A stretch of 64,000 bases of DNA from a candidate division WOR-3 bacterium (lineage in GTDB: Bacteria > Hydrothermota > Tepidihabitantia > Tepidihabitantales > Tepidihabitantaceae): positions 32,001-96,000 of the forward strand of contig JBBISL010000004.1 in the NCBI GenBank assembly GCA_037441285.1, given 5' to 3'. The translations under genes were made by a program, and so were the position numbers. Position 1 is the stretch's first letter. Every line of letters starts with the position of its first letter. Shown here in pieces: positions 32,095 to 41,680 of this stretch. A model generated the notes under the pieces. The model was not told the origin of the DNA and did no database searches. It was given only the letters and a program-made list of their open reading frames with translations.

Positions 32095-33390
32095 GTGTGC
32101 ATAATATTAGCGGTTTTGCTTTTTTCTGAAGCAACGACTTTAATTTCCCCGCCCTTTTCCCATACTCTCGGATTTACCCGAATCAGTAGCTTTTACCTCA
32201 ATATGTATCTCGGTAAAGATTTTCGGGTTGATAATCCTCAGGGATTAGCCTGTGCCAAAATCAAAGAAGAGGAAGATACGACAACCTGGCGCGATGATGC
32301 ACTGTTAACACTATTTGCGGTCAATTCCAACACCGGTCAAATTGTTTATAATGTAAAACTAATTCGCCCCGGTATTTTTGGTTCCACGGGCAATGGTATT
32401 GGTCAATTCCACCACCCCCATGGCATTGCCTGTAATGAAAACGGAGATGTTTACGTTGCCGACACCGACAACAACCGTTTGGTCCGGTTACGTTACACTG
32501 GCGGAAAACTGCACTGGATTACCGTAGTTGATTCAACCCTCAATCTTCCTTATGATGTTACAATGGATTCGCAAGGGCGAGTATATGTTACCGATATGGG
32601 CAATGACCGAATAGTGGTTTATGGACCAGACAACACCCGAATCGCCACATATACTCCGGGTCTGAAAAAACCGAGCGCAATCGCTATTCTTGACCACAAT
32701 GCACCTTTTAACGAAACCGGTTTAGACCTTCTGGTTGTCGTGGACAATTGGGGCACCAGAGTCAATCAACTGTCAACTTCCGGAGAAATCGTGCGTTCGG
32801 TTGATTGCCGCCGTATCGGGTTAGATAGCGCTTGTTTTGCTTACTGTGCATTTGACCGTCATGGTAATGTTTATGTAACCGATATGATAAATTCGCAAAT
32901 TCACATTTTTGCCTCTGGTTTAAAATACATCGTTTCTTTCGGTCGCACTTCTTCGAGCAACTCCGACCAGCCTATTTTTAATGCACCGCGGGGCATTGCC
33001 ATCGGCAGAAAATTTGGCCAGTTATTCGTCAGTGAAGCAGATGGCGGTCAGTACTATTTAATTGCACTCGATGGATATCTCATCGGCTGCTACCCGGAGC
33101 AGTTTAAATCTGAACAACCCGGCACTACCATCGCCCTCTACCTTACACAGCGTGCCGAAATTGTTATCGAAATTAGTGATGCTCAAGGTAATATCGTTCG
33201 AACCCTTACACCTCCTTATCAACAGGGACCGGGTGAAGTACTTATCGTCTGGGACGGCAGAGATAATAACGGCAACATTGTACCGGAAGGTGAATATCTT
33301 ATAAAAACAACCATCCGCCCAACCTATTCCCGCCCCAGATACACCCTTAAAAAAGAGTTTGTTACCCGGGTCGTGCGTTTACCGGGATAA
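32095..33390 (+). CDS. Secreted NHL-repeat protein with C-terminal FlgD Ig-like domain
   Basis: PHGIA..VYVADTDNNR-type repeats; G.IVRTL, WDGRDNNG..VPEGEY; start moved to GTG 32095. Confidence 0.8.
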   Translation: MCIILAVLLFSEATTLISPPFSHTLGFTRISSFYLNMYLGKDFRVDNPQGLACAKIKEEEDTTTWRDDALLTLFAVNSNTGQIVYNVKLIRPGIFGSTGNGIGQFHHPHGIACNENGDVYVADTDNNRLVRLRYTGGKLHWITVVDSTLNLPYDVTMDSQGRVYVTDMGNDRIVVYGPDNTRIATYTPGLKKPSAIAILDHNAPFNETGLDLLVVVDNWGTRVNQLSTSGEIVRSVDCRRIGLDSACFAYCAFDRHGNVYVTDMINSQIHIFASGLKYIVSFGRTSSSNSDQPIFNAPRGIAIGRKFGQLFVSEADGGQYYLIALDGYLIGCYPEQFKSEQPGTTIALYLTQRAEIVIEISDAQGNIVRTLTPPYQQGPGEVLIVWDGRDNNGNIVPEGEYLIKTTIRPTYSRPRYTLKKEFVTRVVRLPG

Positions 33391-33408
33391 CTTTAAGGAG
33401 GCAGCTTA

Positions 33409-34338
33409 ATGATAAAGAAATTAGCCCAGCTAACCGCTCTTATATTGTTCTCCACCACCTGGGCAACGAAGTACGCCGGCGACTTTGAGGAGTTGGGAAC
33501 ATCGGCACGCGCCATTGGTATGGGCGGTGCGGTCGTTGCCAGTGCCAGCGATCCCAGTGCTATCTACTATAACCCATCGCTACCTTCTCGTCTTAGGAGC
33601 CGTTCAGTTCTGCTAATGCACTCCGAAGACTTTTCCGGCCTGGTAAAACACAATTTCATTGGCGTTAGTTTCCCGGATGGTTGTCAGGCTTTCGGCATCG
33701 CCATCCTGCACAATGGCATACCAGGGATAAAACTCACTAAACTACCCGACTCAACCCAGGAACCCGGTGAAAATAACCGACCTTATGTTGATAAAATTGT
33801 TAACGCCAACCAAATTGTCGGATATTTCAACTACGCTCGCAATCTGTCCCCCTATTTTGCGATTGGCGGTAACGCCAAAATAATCTATCAGGAACTGGGA
33901 GGCGTAGGTTCCTGCTTTGGCATGGGCATTGACTTCGGTTTGGTAGTGACAACATTACAGAGTATTGATATCGGTTTCCGGGTAAGAAATGTTAGCGCCT
34001 CTCCCCTCTTCTGGGACACAAAAACCAGGGAATATATCACTCCGCGGGCTGCCTTTGGTATCGGCAAACTATTTCAATTCGGGCGCAACCGCCTTCGTCT
34101 GGCAGTTGAAATAGAAAGCGACTTCGAAGAAAGAACAATGTTTTCCAACTGGGGAATGGAATATGCATTTCGTGAAGCACTTTTCGGGCGCATAGGCTTG
34201 TACCGCAACAATTTCAGTTTCGGACTGGGATTTAGATTCAAGCGTTTTCATCTCGACTATGGCTACGCCACCGGCACAGCGCCTGAGTCAAGAGAGTTGG
34301 GTACACCCCAGCAGATTTCAGGAGGTGTCGAGTTTTAG
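33409..34338 (+). CDS. PorV/PorQ-family outer-membrane protein
   Basis: SARAIGMGGA, AIYYNP, GIDFG, LDYGY, terminal F. Confidence 0.8.
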   Translation: MIKKLAQLTALILFSTTWATKYAGDFEELGTSARAIGMGGAVVASASDPSAIYYNPSLPSRLRSRSVLLMHSEDFSGLVKHNFIGVSFPDGCQAFGIAILHNGIPGIKLTKLPDSTQEPGENNRPYVDKIVNANQIVGYFNYARNLSPYFAIGGNAKIIYQELGGVGSCFGMGIDFGLVVTTLQSIDIGFRVRNVSASPLFWDTKTREYITPRAAFGIGKLFQFGRNRLRLAVEIESDFEERTMFSNWGMEYAFREALFGRIGLYRNNFSFGLGFRFKRFHLDYGYATGTAPESRELGTPQQISGGVEF

Positions 34339-34931
34339 GCCCGGAGCTTGGCAGAAAATTAGCGCACCTTATCGCCCTTGTTATACCGTTGGCTTATTAT
34401 GCAATTCCTAATCGGAATCTTTCGCTTGTCTTAATGGCAGTTGCCACGGCGATATTCCTTATCGTCGACCTGCTTCGTCTCCGTCTTAATCCATTTAAAG
34501 ATATATTTATTATTCTCTTTGGTTCATTGTTGCGCCGGAAGGAATTCTCCTCGTTAACAGGTGGAAGTTACCTTATGGTCGCAGCACTTGTTGCAATGTT
34601 ACTCTTCGGAAGCAATAAGGGCGTTTTTATTGCCGCCCTGTCTTTTCTGGCCATCGGCGACACGGTTGCCGCGCTCGTTGGACTTTCTTTTGGTAAAATT
34701 AAGGTATTTCGAAAAACCCTTGAAGGTACTATTGCCGGATTATTTGCCTGTATTGCTGTCGCCGTCGCGGTCTCTTTTCTTCCTGGTATTGACATGCCGC
34801 TATTTATTGGTATCATTGGTGCGATATCCGCTTCAGCTGTTGAAGCTTTGCCGTTTGAAATAAACGACAATGTCGTTGTCCCGCTTTTCTCCGGGACAGT
34901 GATGATGATTGCAATACAGATTCTCCACTGA
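34335..34931 (+). CDS. Dolichol/phytol/diacylglycerol kinase-like membrane protein (CTP_transf_1 / SEC59-DGK1)
   Basis: ELGRKLAH, GDTVAALVG, KTLEG, INDN; first canonical start (TTG 34389) truncates the N-terminal motif, true start uncertain. Confidence 0.8.
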   Translation, partial: LGPELGRKLAHLIALVIPLAYYAIPNRNLSLVLMAVATAIFLIVDLLRLRLNPFKDIFIILFGSLLRRKEFSSLTGGSYLMVAALVAMLLFGSNKGVFIAALSFLAIGDTVAALVGLSFGKIKVFRKTLEGTIAGLFACIAVAVAVSFLPGIDMPLFIGIIGAISASAVEALPFEINDNVVVPLFSGTVMMIAIQILH

Positions 34932-34987
34932 AGCGGAATGATGGTGAAGTTCACAAATAACTTAAAATTAAAAAGGAGGACAGATAT

Positions 34988-37516
34988 ATGAAGAAATATT
35001 GCACCATTATCCTGCTCGGAATAACAATTTGTCTCGGGGCTAAGACAACTTTTCCAGAACTGGACAGTATCTACTTCTACTACGCAGAGCAGGATTACGA
35101 TAAAGCGTATACGCTGCTGACAAAACTTAGCGGTCAAAAGTTAACTCCGCAGCAGCATTTTGCCCTGATGCTCGAGCTCGGCGACTACTACCTTGATAAA
35201 ATTCACGACTACCATCGTGCCGAATCAATCTACCAGCAACTAATCAAACAGTATCCCAAGCACACCCGATTGCCCGATGTGCTATACCGCCTTGCCCTTG
35301 CCCAGGAACTTCAGGAAAAATTCCTTGACGCCGCCAAAAATTACGAGCAGGTAGCAACAAAACACTTTAAATCTGCCTACGGACCGGAGGCACTCGATGC
35401 GATTGAACGGTGCTTCCGGAAGAATTACCAGGAACGGGTTGCATATGTCAATGGTTTTCCGATTACTCGTATTGAACTTGATGACCGGATCAGTCGCAAC
35501 CCCTCGCTCTATGAAACCTTCGACAAGAAGATGGCATTACTTGATACGATGATTGACAATCGTCTGCTTTATGAAGCCGCCGTGTCCCAGGGAATGGAGA
35601 AAGAACCGATGTTGGTCCGCAGTATCACAGATACCCGGAACCGATTGATGTTTCAAACCTGGTACGAGCGTTATGTCACCGGCAAAGCTGAGCCCAGCGA
35701 GAAGGAATTAAAGAAGCTCTACCGCAAAAATCGTTCAAAGTACACAATACCGGAAAAAATCCGTGCCTATCAACTTGTCGTCACATCTAAACCCCTTGCC
35801 GATTCGCTCCGCGCACTCCTGATTACCGACGCAACAAAATGGGATACCCTGGTAAAATTTTATTCAATTGCACCGGATAAAGAAAAAGCGGGCGACCTGG
35901 GATTTTTTACTCGTGGTGTGCAACAAAAGGATATTGAACAAATCGCTTTCAAGCTTAAACCGGGTGAAATCAGCCAGCCGTTAGCAATCAGAGACACTTA
36001 CTATATAATTCGTGTAACCGAAAAGGAGCCCCGTAAAGTCAAACCTTTCGATGAAGTAAAAAGCCAGATAGCCGTTGAACTGCGTCAGGACCGGACGAAC
36101 CGACTTTACGAGCAGGAAATTGACCGCTTGAAAAAAAACAGCCAGATTGTTCAGGATAGCCTCGCAATTGAGCAGAACAAAGAAACATTAGCGGTAATCA
36201 ATGGTGTTCCGATAACCCAGGAACATCTCGAACAACGCCTCAACGCAATTCCGCCCTTCTTCCGGGGGCAGTTTGAAACACCGGAAGGCAAGCGCCGCAT
36301 TCTTGACCAATTAATCGTGGAAAAACTGCTGCTCCGGGAATGTGAAAAAGAAAAACTCTGGCTTGCGAACCGGGTAATCGACCAAATCATCAATCGCAAA
36401 ACCGCCCTGCTCATCGATGCCTATCGCCGTAAACATACAACCGAAAAAATTCAAATCGATTCGCTTACCCTGATGCAGGAGTATCGGGCAACATTAAATG
36501 ATTTCAAAGAACCCACTCGCGTCCGTTGCCGCGAGATAGTTGCTCGTACCAAAGAAAAAGCCGAACAGCTGCGCAAATGGGCCACCTCGGGCCGGATTCC
36601 GGAACTCGTCAGCGGAATAGCCTTGCTTGTGAATGACGAAGAAAAAGCTCGTGAACTTTCCGGAATACTCGCTCAAACCACGAATACCGATTCAATAATT
36701 GCGCTCGGTGCACTTGCTGACCCCAGTGTTCGCATTTCTGGAACACCCCTCCAGAACATTTCGGGCCACGATGTTGTTGACTTATCCCAACCCTGTCAGC
36801 TCACCGGACCGTTCTCGGCTGCAAGTTTCTACGCTTTTGCCTTCACCGACATCTCCCGTCAAGATAAACTTTATGAGCCGCTACTCATTACCGTTACCAA
36901 CACCGAGCAGCTGCAATCCCTCCTGAAGGAAAATCCCCCACCGTTCACGCTCGGAATCATCGACTCCACCCGTTTGGGTACTTATGTTCGTCTTACCAAT
37001 TCACTTCCAACCCGGTTTGTTAATGAGCTCTTCACCCTGGAAACAGGTAGTGTTTCTCCTATTTATAAAACTGCTAACGGTTACCTAATTGCTAAAGTAA
37101 CGAAAAAAGACACCTCTCAGAAAGTGGACTTCGTAGAGCTTATTCGCCGTTTCTCAACCTCGGGTAGTAAATGGGCTGGTGGCGAGATTTCCCTTACCCG
37201 CGATGACAAATCCCGGGATAAAAAAATCGTTGATGCTGCCTACTCTCTTAATAAAGGAGCCTACTCGTCCGTTATACGACTCAATGACACTACCTACACA
37301 TTTATTAAAGTGGAAGAAAAGAAGCCGGCTTATACTCGTCCATTTTCTGAGGTGCGCAGCAAAATAGAAAACAAACTCCGGCGCCAACAGGAAAAAGAGC
37401 TCTACGAGCAACTACTTAAAGAACTACGCGCAAAGGCTAAAATTGAAATCTTGATGAAAAAGGAAGATTTCGAACCTGGAGAACCGATAACACCCCCTGA
37501 ACAACAGAATAAATAA
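34988..37516 (+). CDS. TPR-containing multi-parvulin peptidyl-prolyl isomerase/foldase (PrsA/SurA-like)
   Basis: Signal peptide, TPRs, two VNG.PIT SurA-N-like modules, GDLGFF...GEISQP parvulin; AAGGAGG SD. Confidence 0.85.
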   Translation: MKKYCTIILLGITICLGAKTTFPELDSIYFYYAEQDYDKAYTLLTKLSGQKLTPQQHFALMLELGDYYLDKIHDYHRAESIYQQLIKQYPKHTRLPDVLYRLALAQELQEKFLDAAKNYEQVATKHFKSAYGPEALDAIERCFRKNYQERVAYVNGFPITRIELDDRISRNPSLYETFDKKMALLDTMIDNRLLYEAAVSQGMEKEPMLVRSITDTRNRLMFQTWYERYVTGKAEPSEKELKKLYRKNRSKYTIPEKIRAYQLVVTSKPLADSLRALLITDATKWDTLVKFYSIAPDKEKAGDLGFFTRGVQQKDIEQIAFKLKPGEISQPLAIRDTYYIIRVTEKEPRKVKPFDEVKSQIAVELRQDRTNRLYEQEIDRLKKNSQIVQDSLAIEQNKETLAVINGVPITQEHLEQRLNAIPPFFRGQFETPEGKRRILDQLIVEKLLLRECEKEKLWLANRVIDQIINRKTALLIDAYRRKHTTEKIQIDSLTLMQEYRATLNDFKEPTRVRCREIVARTKEKAEQLRKWATSGRIPELVSGIALLVNDEEKARELSGILAQTTNTDSIIALGALADPSVRISGTPLQNISGHDVVDLSQPCQLTGPFSAASFYAFAFTDISRQDKLYEPLLITVTNTEQLQSLLKENPPPFTLGIIDSTRLGTYVRLTNSLPTRFVNELFTLETGSVSPIYKTANGYLIAKVTKKDTSQKVDFVELIRRFSTSGSKWAGGEISLTRDDKSRDKKIVDAAYSLNKGAYSSVIRLNDTTYTFIKVEEKKPAYTRPFSEVRSKIENKLRRQQEKELYEQLLKELRAKAKIEILMKKEDFEPGEPITPPEQQNK

Positions 37517-37531
37517 ATAACCCCTAACATT

Positions 37532-37571
37532 AAGGCGGGGTAACAATTGCTGGTTACTCCGCCTTTTTATT
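37532..37571. terminator. Intrinsic terminator between convergent genes
   Basis: AAGGCGGGGTAAC / GTTACTCCGCCTT stem followed by T-tract. Confidence 0.85.
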
Positions 37572-37572
37572 C

Positions 37573-38988
37573 TCAGTTAAACCCCAGAATTTTTATACCA
37601 ATCTTTTTTACTAAACTCAACACCTCTGCCTGACGGCTCAACTCCCCTTCCGCAAGTTTCAAACGCAGGGCATTGGCGGGAAATTCCCCAAAAGTAGCAT
37701 CAACTGGTATCCAACGGTCAAGATAAACTTCATTCCAGGCATGGTAGTAAAATGCACCATCAAGATAAACTAAACCAACAACAACTTTTGACGGAATACC
37801 GGCAGCTCGAGCCAGAGCGGCGTAAAGCACCGAATGCTCATTACAATCACCTTTGAGACTCTTCAGAACATCTAAAGCATTGGGCAGAGAAGCAACCGCT
37901 TCTTTCTTTAACGTTCGGTGTACCCAATACAAAATATGTTCCGCGGCAATCGCGGCATCATCGGTTCCGGCGATAATCTCGGCCGCCTTTCTCTTAATCG
38001 GTTCGGCATCAGCCTGGACCGAAACCGTTGGCTTAAGAAACTCCGTCTCCGCCTTAACCGGTAGTCTTACACCCCGTGCATTGGAGGGAATTACAATCTC
38101 AAGGCGCAATGGACTTTTTGTTACTACCCGTTGATAAGTGCCGTTAAGGTCAAACTCTGCCGTATCGAGCCCAGTAACCTCCAAAACAACCCTTTTTACC
38201 CCTGCCGGCTGGCGAATCACCGTATCTACCGGCACCGCAAAAAGTCGCAGTAAATCAACAGGGTAACCAGATTCTCCAGTTAGCGCCTCTTTCTCTGTAA
38301 CCCGGTAAGAGTTCAACCCCATTGGAGACTCTTCCTTAACTGTCATGCCATTCCTATCCAACCAGGTAGTAACCTCAGTTTTTGCCCGTTTTACTCTCAC
38401 CTTTAATACCGGAATCTCCTTGTCATTTGATTTTAGAATCTCGTGCCCCAAAACGGTAACAATTGCTGGTAATGTATCCATTACGGTGCCGTCAAAAGTC
38501 AAATAATTCAATGTCATAGCGGAGTCGGGCTTTGACTCAACAATTACCCGGCCCAGGGCTTCAATTGGATAAAGTTGTCGGCTCAGTTTAACCCGCTGAC
38601 CAGCTCTTGTTCCTTCACCGCTCAATATCAACCAGCCATCCTTGACCGTTCCGGCGGCTTTAAATGCGCCGTCTTGCGAACCCAGTTCAAATTGGAACGA
38701 GCGCATGGTCCAATCGGTATTGGTAATGACCTGAGAACGGACACTTACCTGCTGGACTTTACCCAGCATACTTATGGTCATTCTCATAATGTTGTCGAAT
38801 CTATACCCGTCTGTAATCTGATTATATTTCGTCACTGCCCAACCTACTTTCTTGCCCATCAGATATGTTGCCAGCCAAACACCGTCTGAATCGTTACCCG
38901 CATTTGTAAGAGCCATATTTTTTCTATCCGACTTACCACCACAGGCAAGAATTAAGGCAAAAAATAAAACCAAAATTCCTTTCTTCAT
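37573..38988 (-). CDS. Transglutaminase-like lipoprotein
   Basis: Lipobox ILAC; GDCNEHS, YHAWNEV, WIPVDAT Cys-His-Asp triad. Confidence 0.85.
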   Translation of the reverse strand: MKKGILVLFFALILACGGKSDRKNMALTNAGNDSDGVWLATYLMGKKVGWAVTKYNQITDGYRFDNIMRMTISMLGKVQQVSVRSQVITNTDWTMRSFQFELGSQDGAFKAAGTVKDGWLILSGEGTRAGQRVKLSRQLYPIEALGRVIVESKPDSAMTLNYLTFDGTVMDTLPAIVTVLGHEILKSNDKEIPVLKVRVKRAKTEVTTWLDRNGMTVKEESPMGLNSYRVTEKEALTGESGYPVDLLRLFAVPVDTVIRQPAGVKRVVLEVTGLDTAEFDLNGTYQRVVTKSPLRLEIVIPSNARGVRLPVKAETEFLKPTVSVQADAEPIKRKAAEIIAGTDDAAIAAEHILYWVHRTLKKEAVASLPNALDVLKSLKGDCNEHSVLYAALARAAGIPSKVVVGLVYLDGAFYYHAWNEVYLDRWIPVDATFGEFPANALRLKLAEGELSRQAEVLSLVKKIGIKILGFN

Positions 38989-38994
38989 AGCTTA

Positions 38995-39022
38995 AACTTA
39001 ACAAGTAATCAATTCATGTCAA
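38995..39022 (-). promoter_or_regulatory. promoter TTGACA-N16-TAAGTT
   Basis: ATG 38988 is 6 nt downstream. Confidence 0.6.
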
Positions 39023-39034
39023 CAGGTTCTGGTA

Positions 39035-39063
39035 TTGACTTTACCATTTAGTTATTTTACAAT
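39035..39063 (+). promoter_or_regulatory. tRNA-Leu promoter TTGACT-N17-TACAAT
   Basis: 7 nt upstream of tRNA. Confidence 0.7.
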
Positions 39064-39070
39064 TTCGTGC

Positions 39071-39156
39071 GCCGAAGTGGCGGAAATGGCAGACGCAGCG
39101 GACTCAAAATCCGCCGCCCAGCGATGGGCTTGTGGGTTCGACTCCCACCTTCGGCA
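39071..39156 (+). tRNA. tRNA-Leu(CAA), CCA not encoded
   Basis: GCCGAAG/CTTCGGC acceptor, GCGGA-CTCAAAA-TCCGC anticodon arm, long variable arm, GTTCGAC. Confidence 0.96.
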
Positions 39157-39157
39157 T

Positions 39158-40303
39158 TCACTGTTTAAAAACTGGAAAAGTTGCCAGGACCGGGCGGTGG
39201 TCAGAAATCAAACGCAGATAATCAACTATTTCATCATCGAGTCGCACCGTAAACGTTCTGCCCCCGGTATATTCGGTCAGCGCATCACTCGTCACAAGGA
39301 TATGGTCAAAAAGCACTCCGGAAGTAACAAGCGACCCATAAAACTCATCTCCTGCTAAAGGCAGTGTCAAAAACTGGTAATCAATTGTATCGACAAGAAA
39401 CGGCAGAAATACATTTTCTCCTTCTGGTTTATTCAGTTCATCATTCCAGTCACCCGCAACCACAAAATCCTGCTCCCCACCCTGTGCCCGTTGATTATCA
39501 ATATACGCCTTTAATAACCGGCAGGCACCAGCGCGTCGTGCCCGGTCCGAGATAGCCGACCCGGCTTTAAGATGTAATACAATTAGTCTGAAATCAAATG
39601 TACCGCCGTTACTTGATGCAGTAATCGTCATCTCCAGCGGCGGCCGGGGAAAAGAGTCGTTGTTCCAGAAAATCTGATGTACTTCACTGACCTGAACTAT
39701 TTCGCTTTTGTATATCACACCTGTCTTCTGATAAAACGAACCATAATCATCACGCGAATAAAGTCCACGATAACCAGGCAAACCGTCCAGAAGATGTATA
39801 AAGGCGATTGTATCTTCAATCTCCTGGATACAAAACAAATCAACATCCATCCGGGCAATCAGCGTTCGCAGCAGCAAAAGAGTTGAATCACCTTTTTGGG
39901 GGAAATTTTGTATATTCCAGGTAACAATCTCCAGCGTTGTATCGGTACCGAAAGATGGCACCGCTCCGGGAAATTCGATTCGGAAAGGTGCGAGCGCCAC
40001 GATTGAACGCGCCCCGGAATCGTCAATTGCCTGGAGAGAAAAAAGGTGATTGCCCCACGAGAGGTTGTAAAGGGTAACCCCGTTTAATTCGGTGAATATA
40101 TCGGGAACGGAATCATTCAACCCATAAAAAAAGCCGATAATCCTGCCGTCAATATCATTCCCCTGCCATTCGAATCGAGCAGAATCAGCATCGGTGATTA
40201 TGCTGGGCTTCCGAGTAAACACAACTGTCGGACCTTTATTACCCTTATCTAACGGTTTAATGCAACTCAGAACAATTATCAGCCCTAAGAACCACCTATT
40301 CAT
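39158..40303 (-). CDS. Endonuclease/exonuclease/phosphatase-family lipoprotein
   Basis: Lipobox VLSC; TWNI, QEI, HLKA, GDWN, DHILV, SDHRPV. Confidence 0.88.
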   Translation of the reverse strand: MNRWFLGLIIVLSCIKPLDKGNKGPTVVFTRKPSIITDADSARFEWQGNDIDGRIIGFFYGLNDSVPDIFTELNGVTLYNLSWGNHLFSLQAIDDSGARSIVALAPFRIEFPGAVPSFGTDTTLEIVTWNIQNFPQKGDSTLLLLRTLIARMDVDLFCIQEIEDTIAFIHLLDGLPGYRGLYSRDDYGSFYQKTGVIYKSEIVQVSEVHQIFWNNDSFPRPPLEMTITASSNGGTFDFRLIVLHLKAGSAISDRARRAGACRLLKAYIDNQRAQGGEQDFVVAGDWNDELNKPEGENVFLPFLVDTIDYQFLTLPLAGDEFYGSLVTSGVLFDHILVTSDALTEYTGGRTFTVRLDDEIVDYLRLISDHRPVLATFPVFKQ

Positions 40304-40309
40304 TGAATT

Positions 40310-40337
40310 AGCTTATCCTTATCAAAGGCATTGTCCA
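40310..40337 (-). promoter_or_regulatory. promoter TGGACA-N16-TAAGCT
   Basis: ATG 40303 is 6 nt downstream. Confidence 0.55.
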
Positions 40338-40351
40338 GAATAGTCGTATGC

Positions 40352-40380
40352 TTGACTCCATTTAAAATAAAAGTTATAAT
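40352..40380 (+). promoter_or_regulatory. nusA promoter TTGACT-N17-TATAAT
   Basis: Near-consensus boxes ahead of the nusA leader. Confidence 0.7.
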
Positions 40381-40438
40381 CAACAAATAACAACAGGCTG
40401 ACATAATATAACATAGAAAAGGAGAAATAAAGAAAGCG

Positions 40439-41680
40439 ATGAACAATAAAGAAGTTGCCAATCTTATTGCCCAGATAGCTCGAATTAGAAATGTTGATAT
40501 CACATACGTTTGCGAAATTCTGCGAATGAGCATCGTTGCCGGGTTAAAGCGCCGTTTCGGACCCAACATCGAAGCAGAAGTCACAATCAACCCGGAACAG
40601 GGCGAAATCAGGGTGTTTTTAACTAAAAAAGTTGTGGAACGAGTTAACAACCCTGGGCAGGAAATAAATCTGGAAGAAGCCAAAACAGCAAACCCTGCCG
40701 CCAGTATTGGTGATGTCGTCCGAGTAGAAATGCCGCTTGACGAACTGGGGCGGATTGCAATTCGGAAGGCATCCGATGAATTGATGCTCAAACTTCGCGA
40801 GGCGGAACGCGACCGCCTCTACGAGGAATACAGTCGCAAAAAAGGTGAAATTGTCACCGGCACCATTCAAAGAATTGGCGAACGGGAAATCATTGTTAAC
40901 CTTGGACTGATCGAAGCCACTCTTCTCAATCGTGACCAGTTGAAAACCGACCATTACCGTCAAGGATTACCCATCAAAGCCTATGTATACAAGGTAGAGA
41001 AGACACCTATTGGTCCCCGGGTTTATCTCTCACGAACCCATCCTGAATTCCTGCGAAAACTCCTGGCACGCGAAGTCCCTGAAATCAAAGAAGGGGTCGT
41101 TGAAATAAAAGCTATCGCCCGGGCTCCTGGTTCGCGTTCTAAAGTTGCGGTCGCATCGCTTGATGATAAAATTGACCCAATTGGTGCCTGTGTCGGCTAT
41201 CGAAAATCGCGCATTGAAAACATCATCAAGGAGTTATCAGGCGAGAAAATCGACATTATCCAGTGGAGCCGGGACACTCAGATTTTTATCGCACGTGCCC
41301 TCGGTCCCGCAAAAGTATCAGAGATAATTCGTGAGGGTGACACTTACATCGTTGTTGTACCTGATGCCGAGTTCTCCATCGCCATTGGCAAAAAAGGTCA
41401 GAATGTCTGGCTCGCCAGCCTCCTTACTAACACCAAGATCGAAGTGCTAAAAGAAAGTGATTACCGCAATCGGCAAATTATGAGCCGCGCCGCAAAGGTT
41501 TCTCTAAACGAACTTGGCTTTTCCGAAGAGCTCCTGGCAAAGTTACAGGGCGCCGGTTTAAAGACATCTTTTGACTTCCTCAATCTTCCCGCTGAGGAAT
41601 TGGTTCGTATAACCCAATTGACTGATACGGAGATAAACGCTCTTAAAGAACAGACCCGAGAGAAGGTATGGTCAAGTTAA
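40439..41680 (+). CDS. nusA: Transcription termination factor NusA
   Basis: S1 + KH domains, LSRTHP, EVPEI, DPIGACVG, AIGKKGQNV. Confidence 0.97.
   Translation: MNNKEVANLIAQIARIRNVDITYVCEILRMSIVAGLKRRFGPNIEAEVTINPEQGEIRVFLTKKVVERVNNPGQEINLEEAKTANPAASIGDVVRVEMPLDELGRIAIRKASDELMLKLREAERDRLYEEYSRKKGEIVTGTIQRIGEREIIVNLGLIEATLLNRDQLKTDHYRQGLPIKAYVYKVEKTPIGPRVYLSRTHPEFLRKLLAREVPEIKEGVVEIKAIARAPGSRSKVAVASLDDKIDPIGACVGYRKSRIENIIKELSGEKIDIIQWSRDTQIFIARALGPAKVSEIIREGDTYIVVVPDAEFSIAIGKKGQNVWLASLLTNTKIEVLKESDYRNRQIMSRAAKVSLNELGFSEELLAKLQGAGLKTSFDFLNLPAEELVRITQLTDTEINALKEQTREKVWSS

Noticed and set aside
40300..40791. 163-aa minus ORF as a missing rimP
   Set aside because: It is antisense to nusA and shows no RimP features
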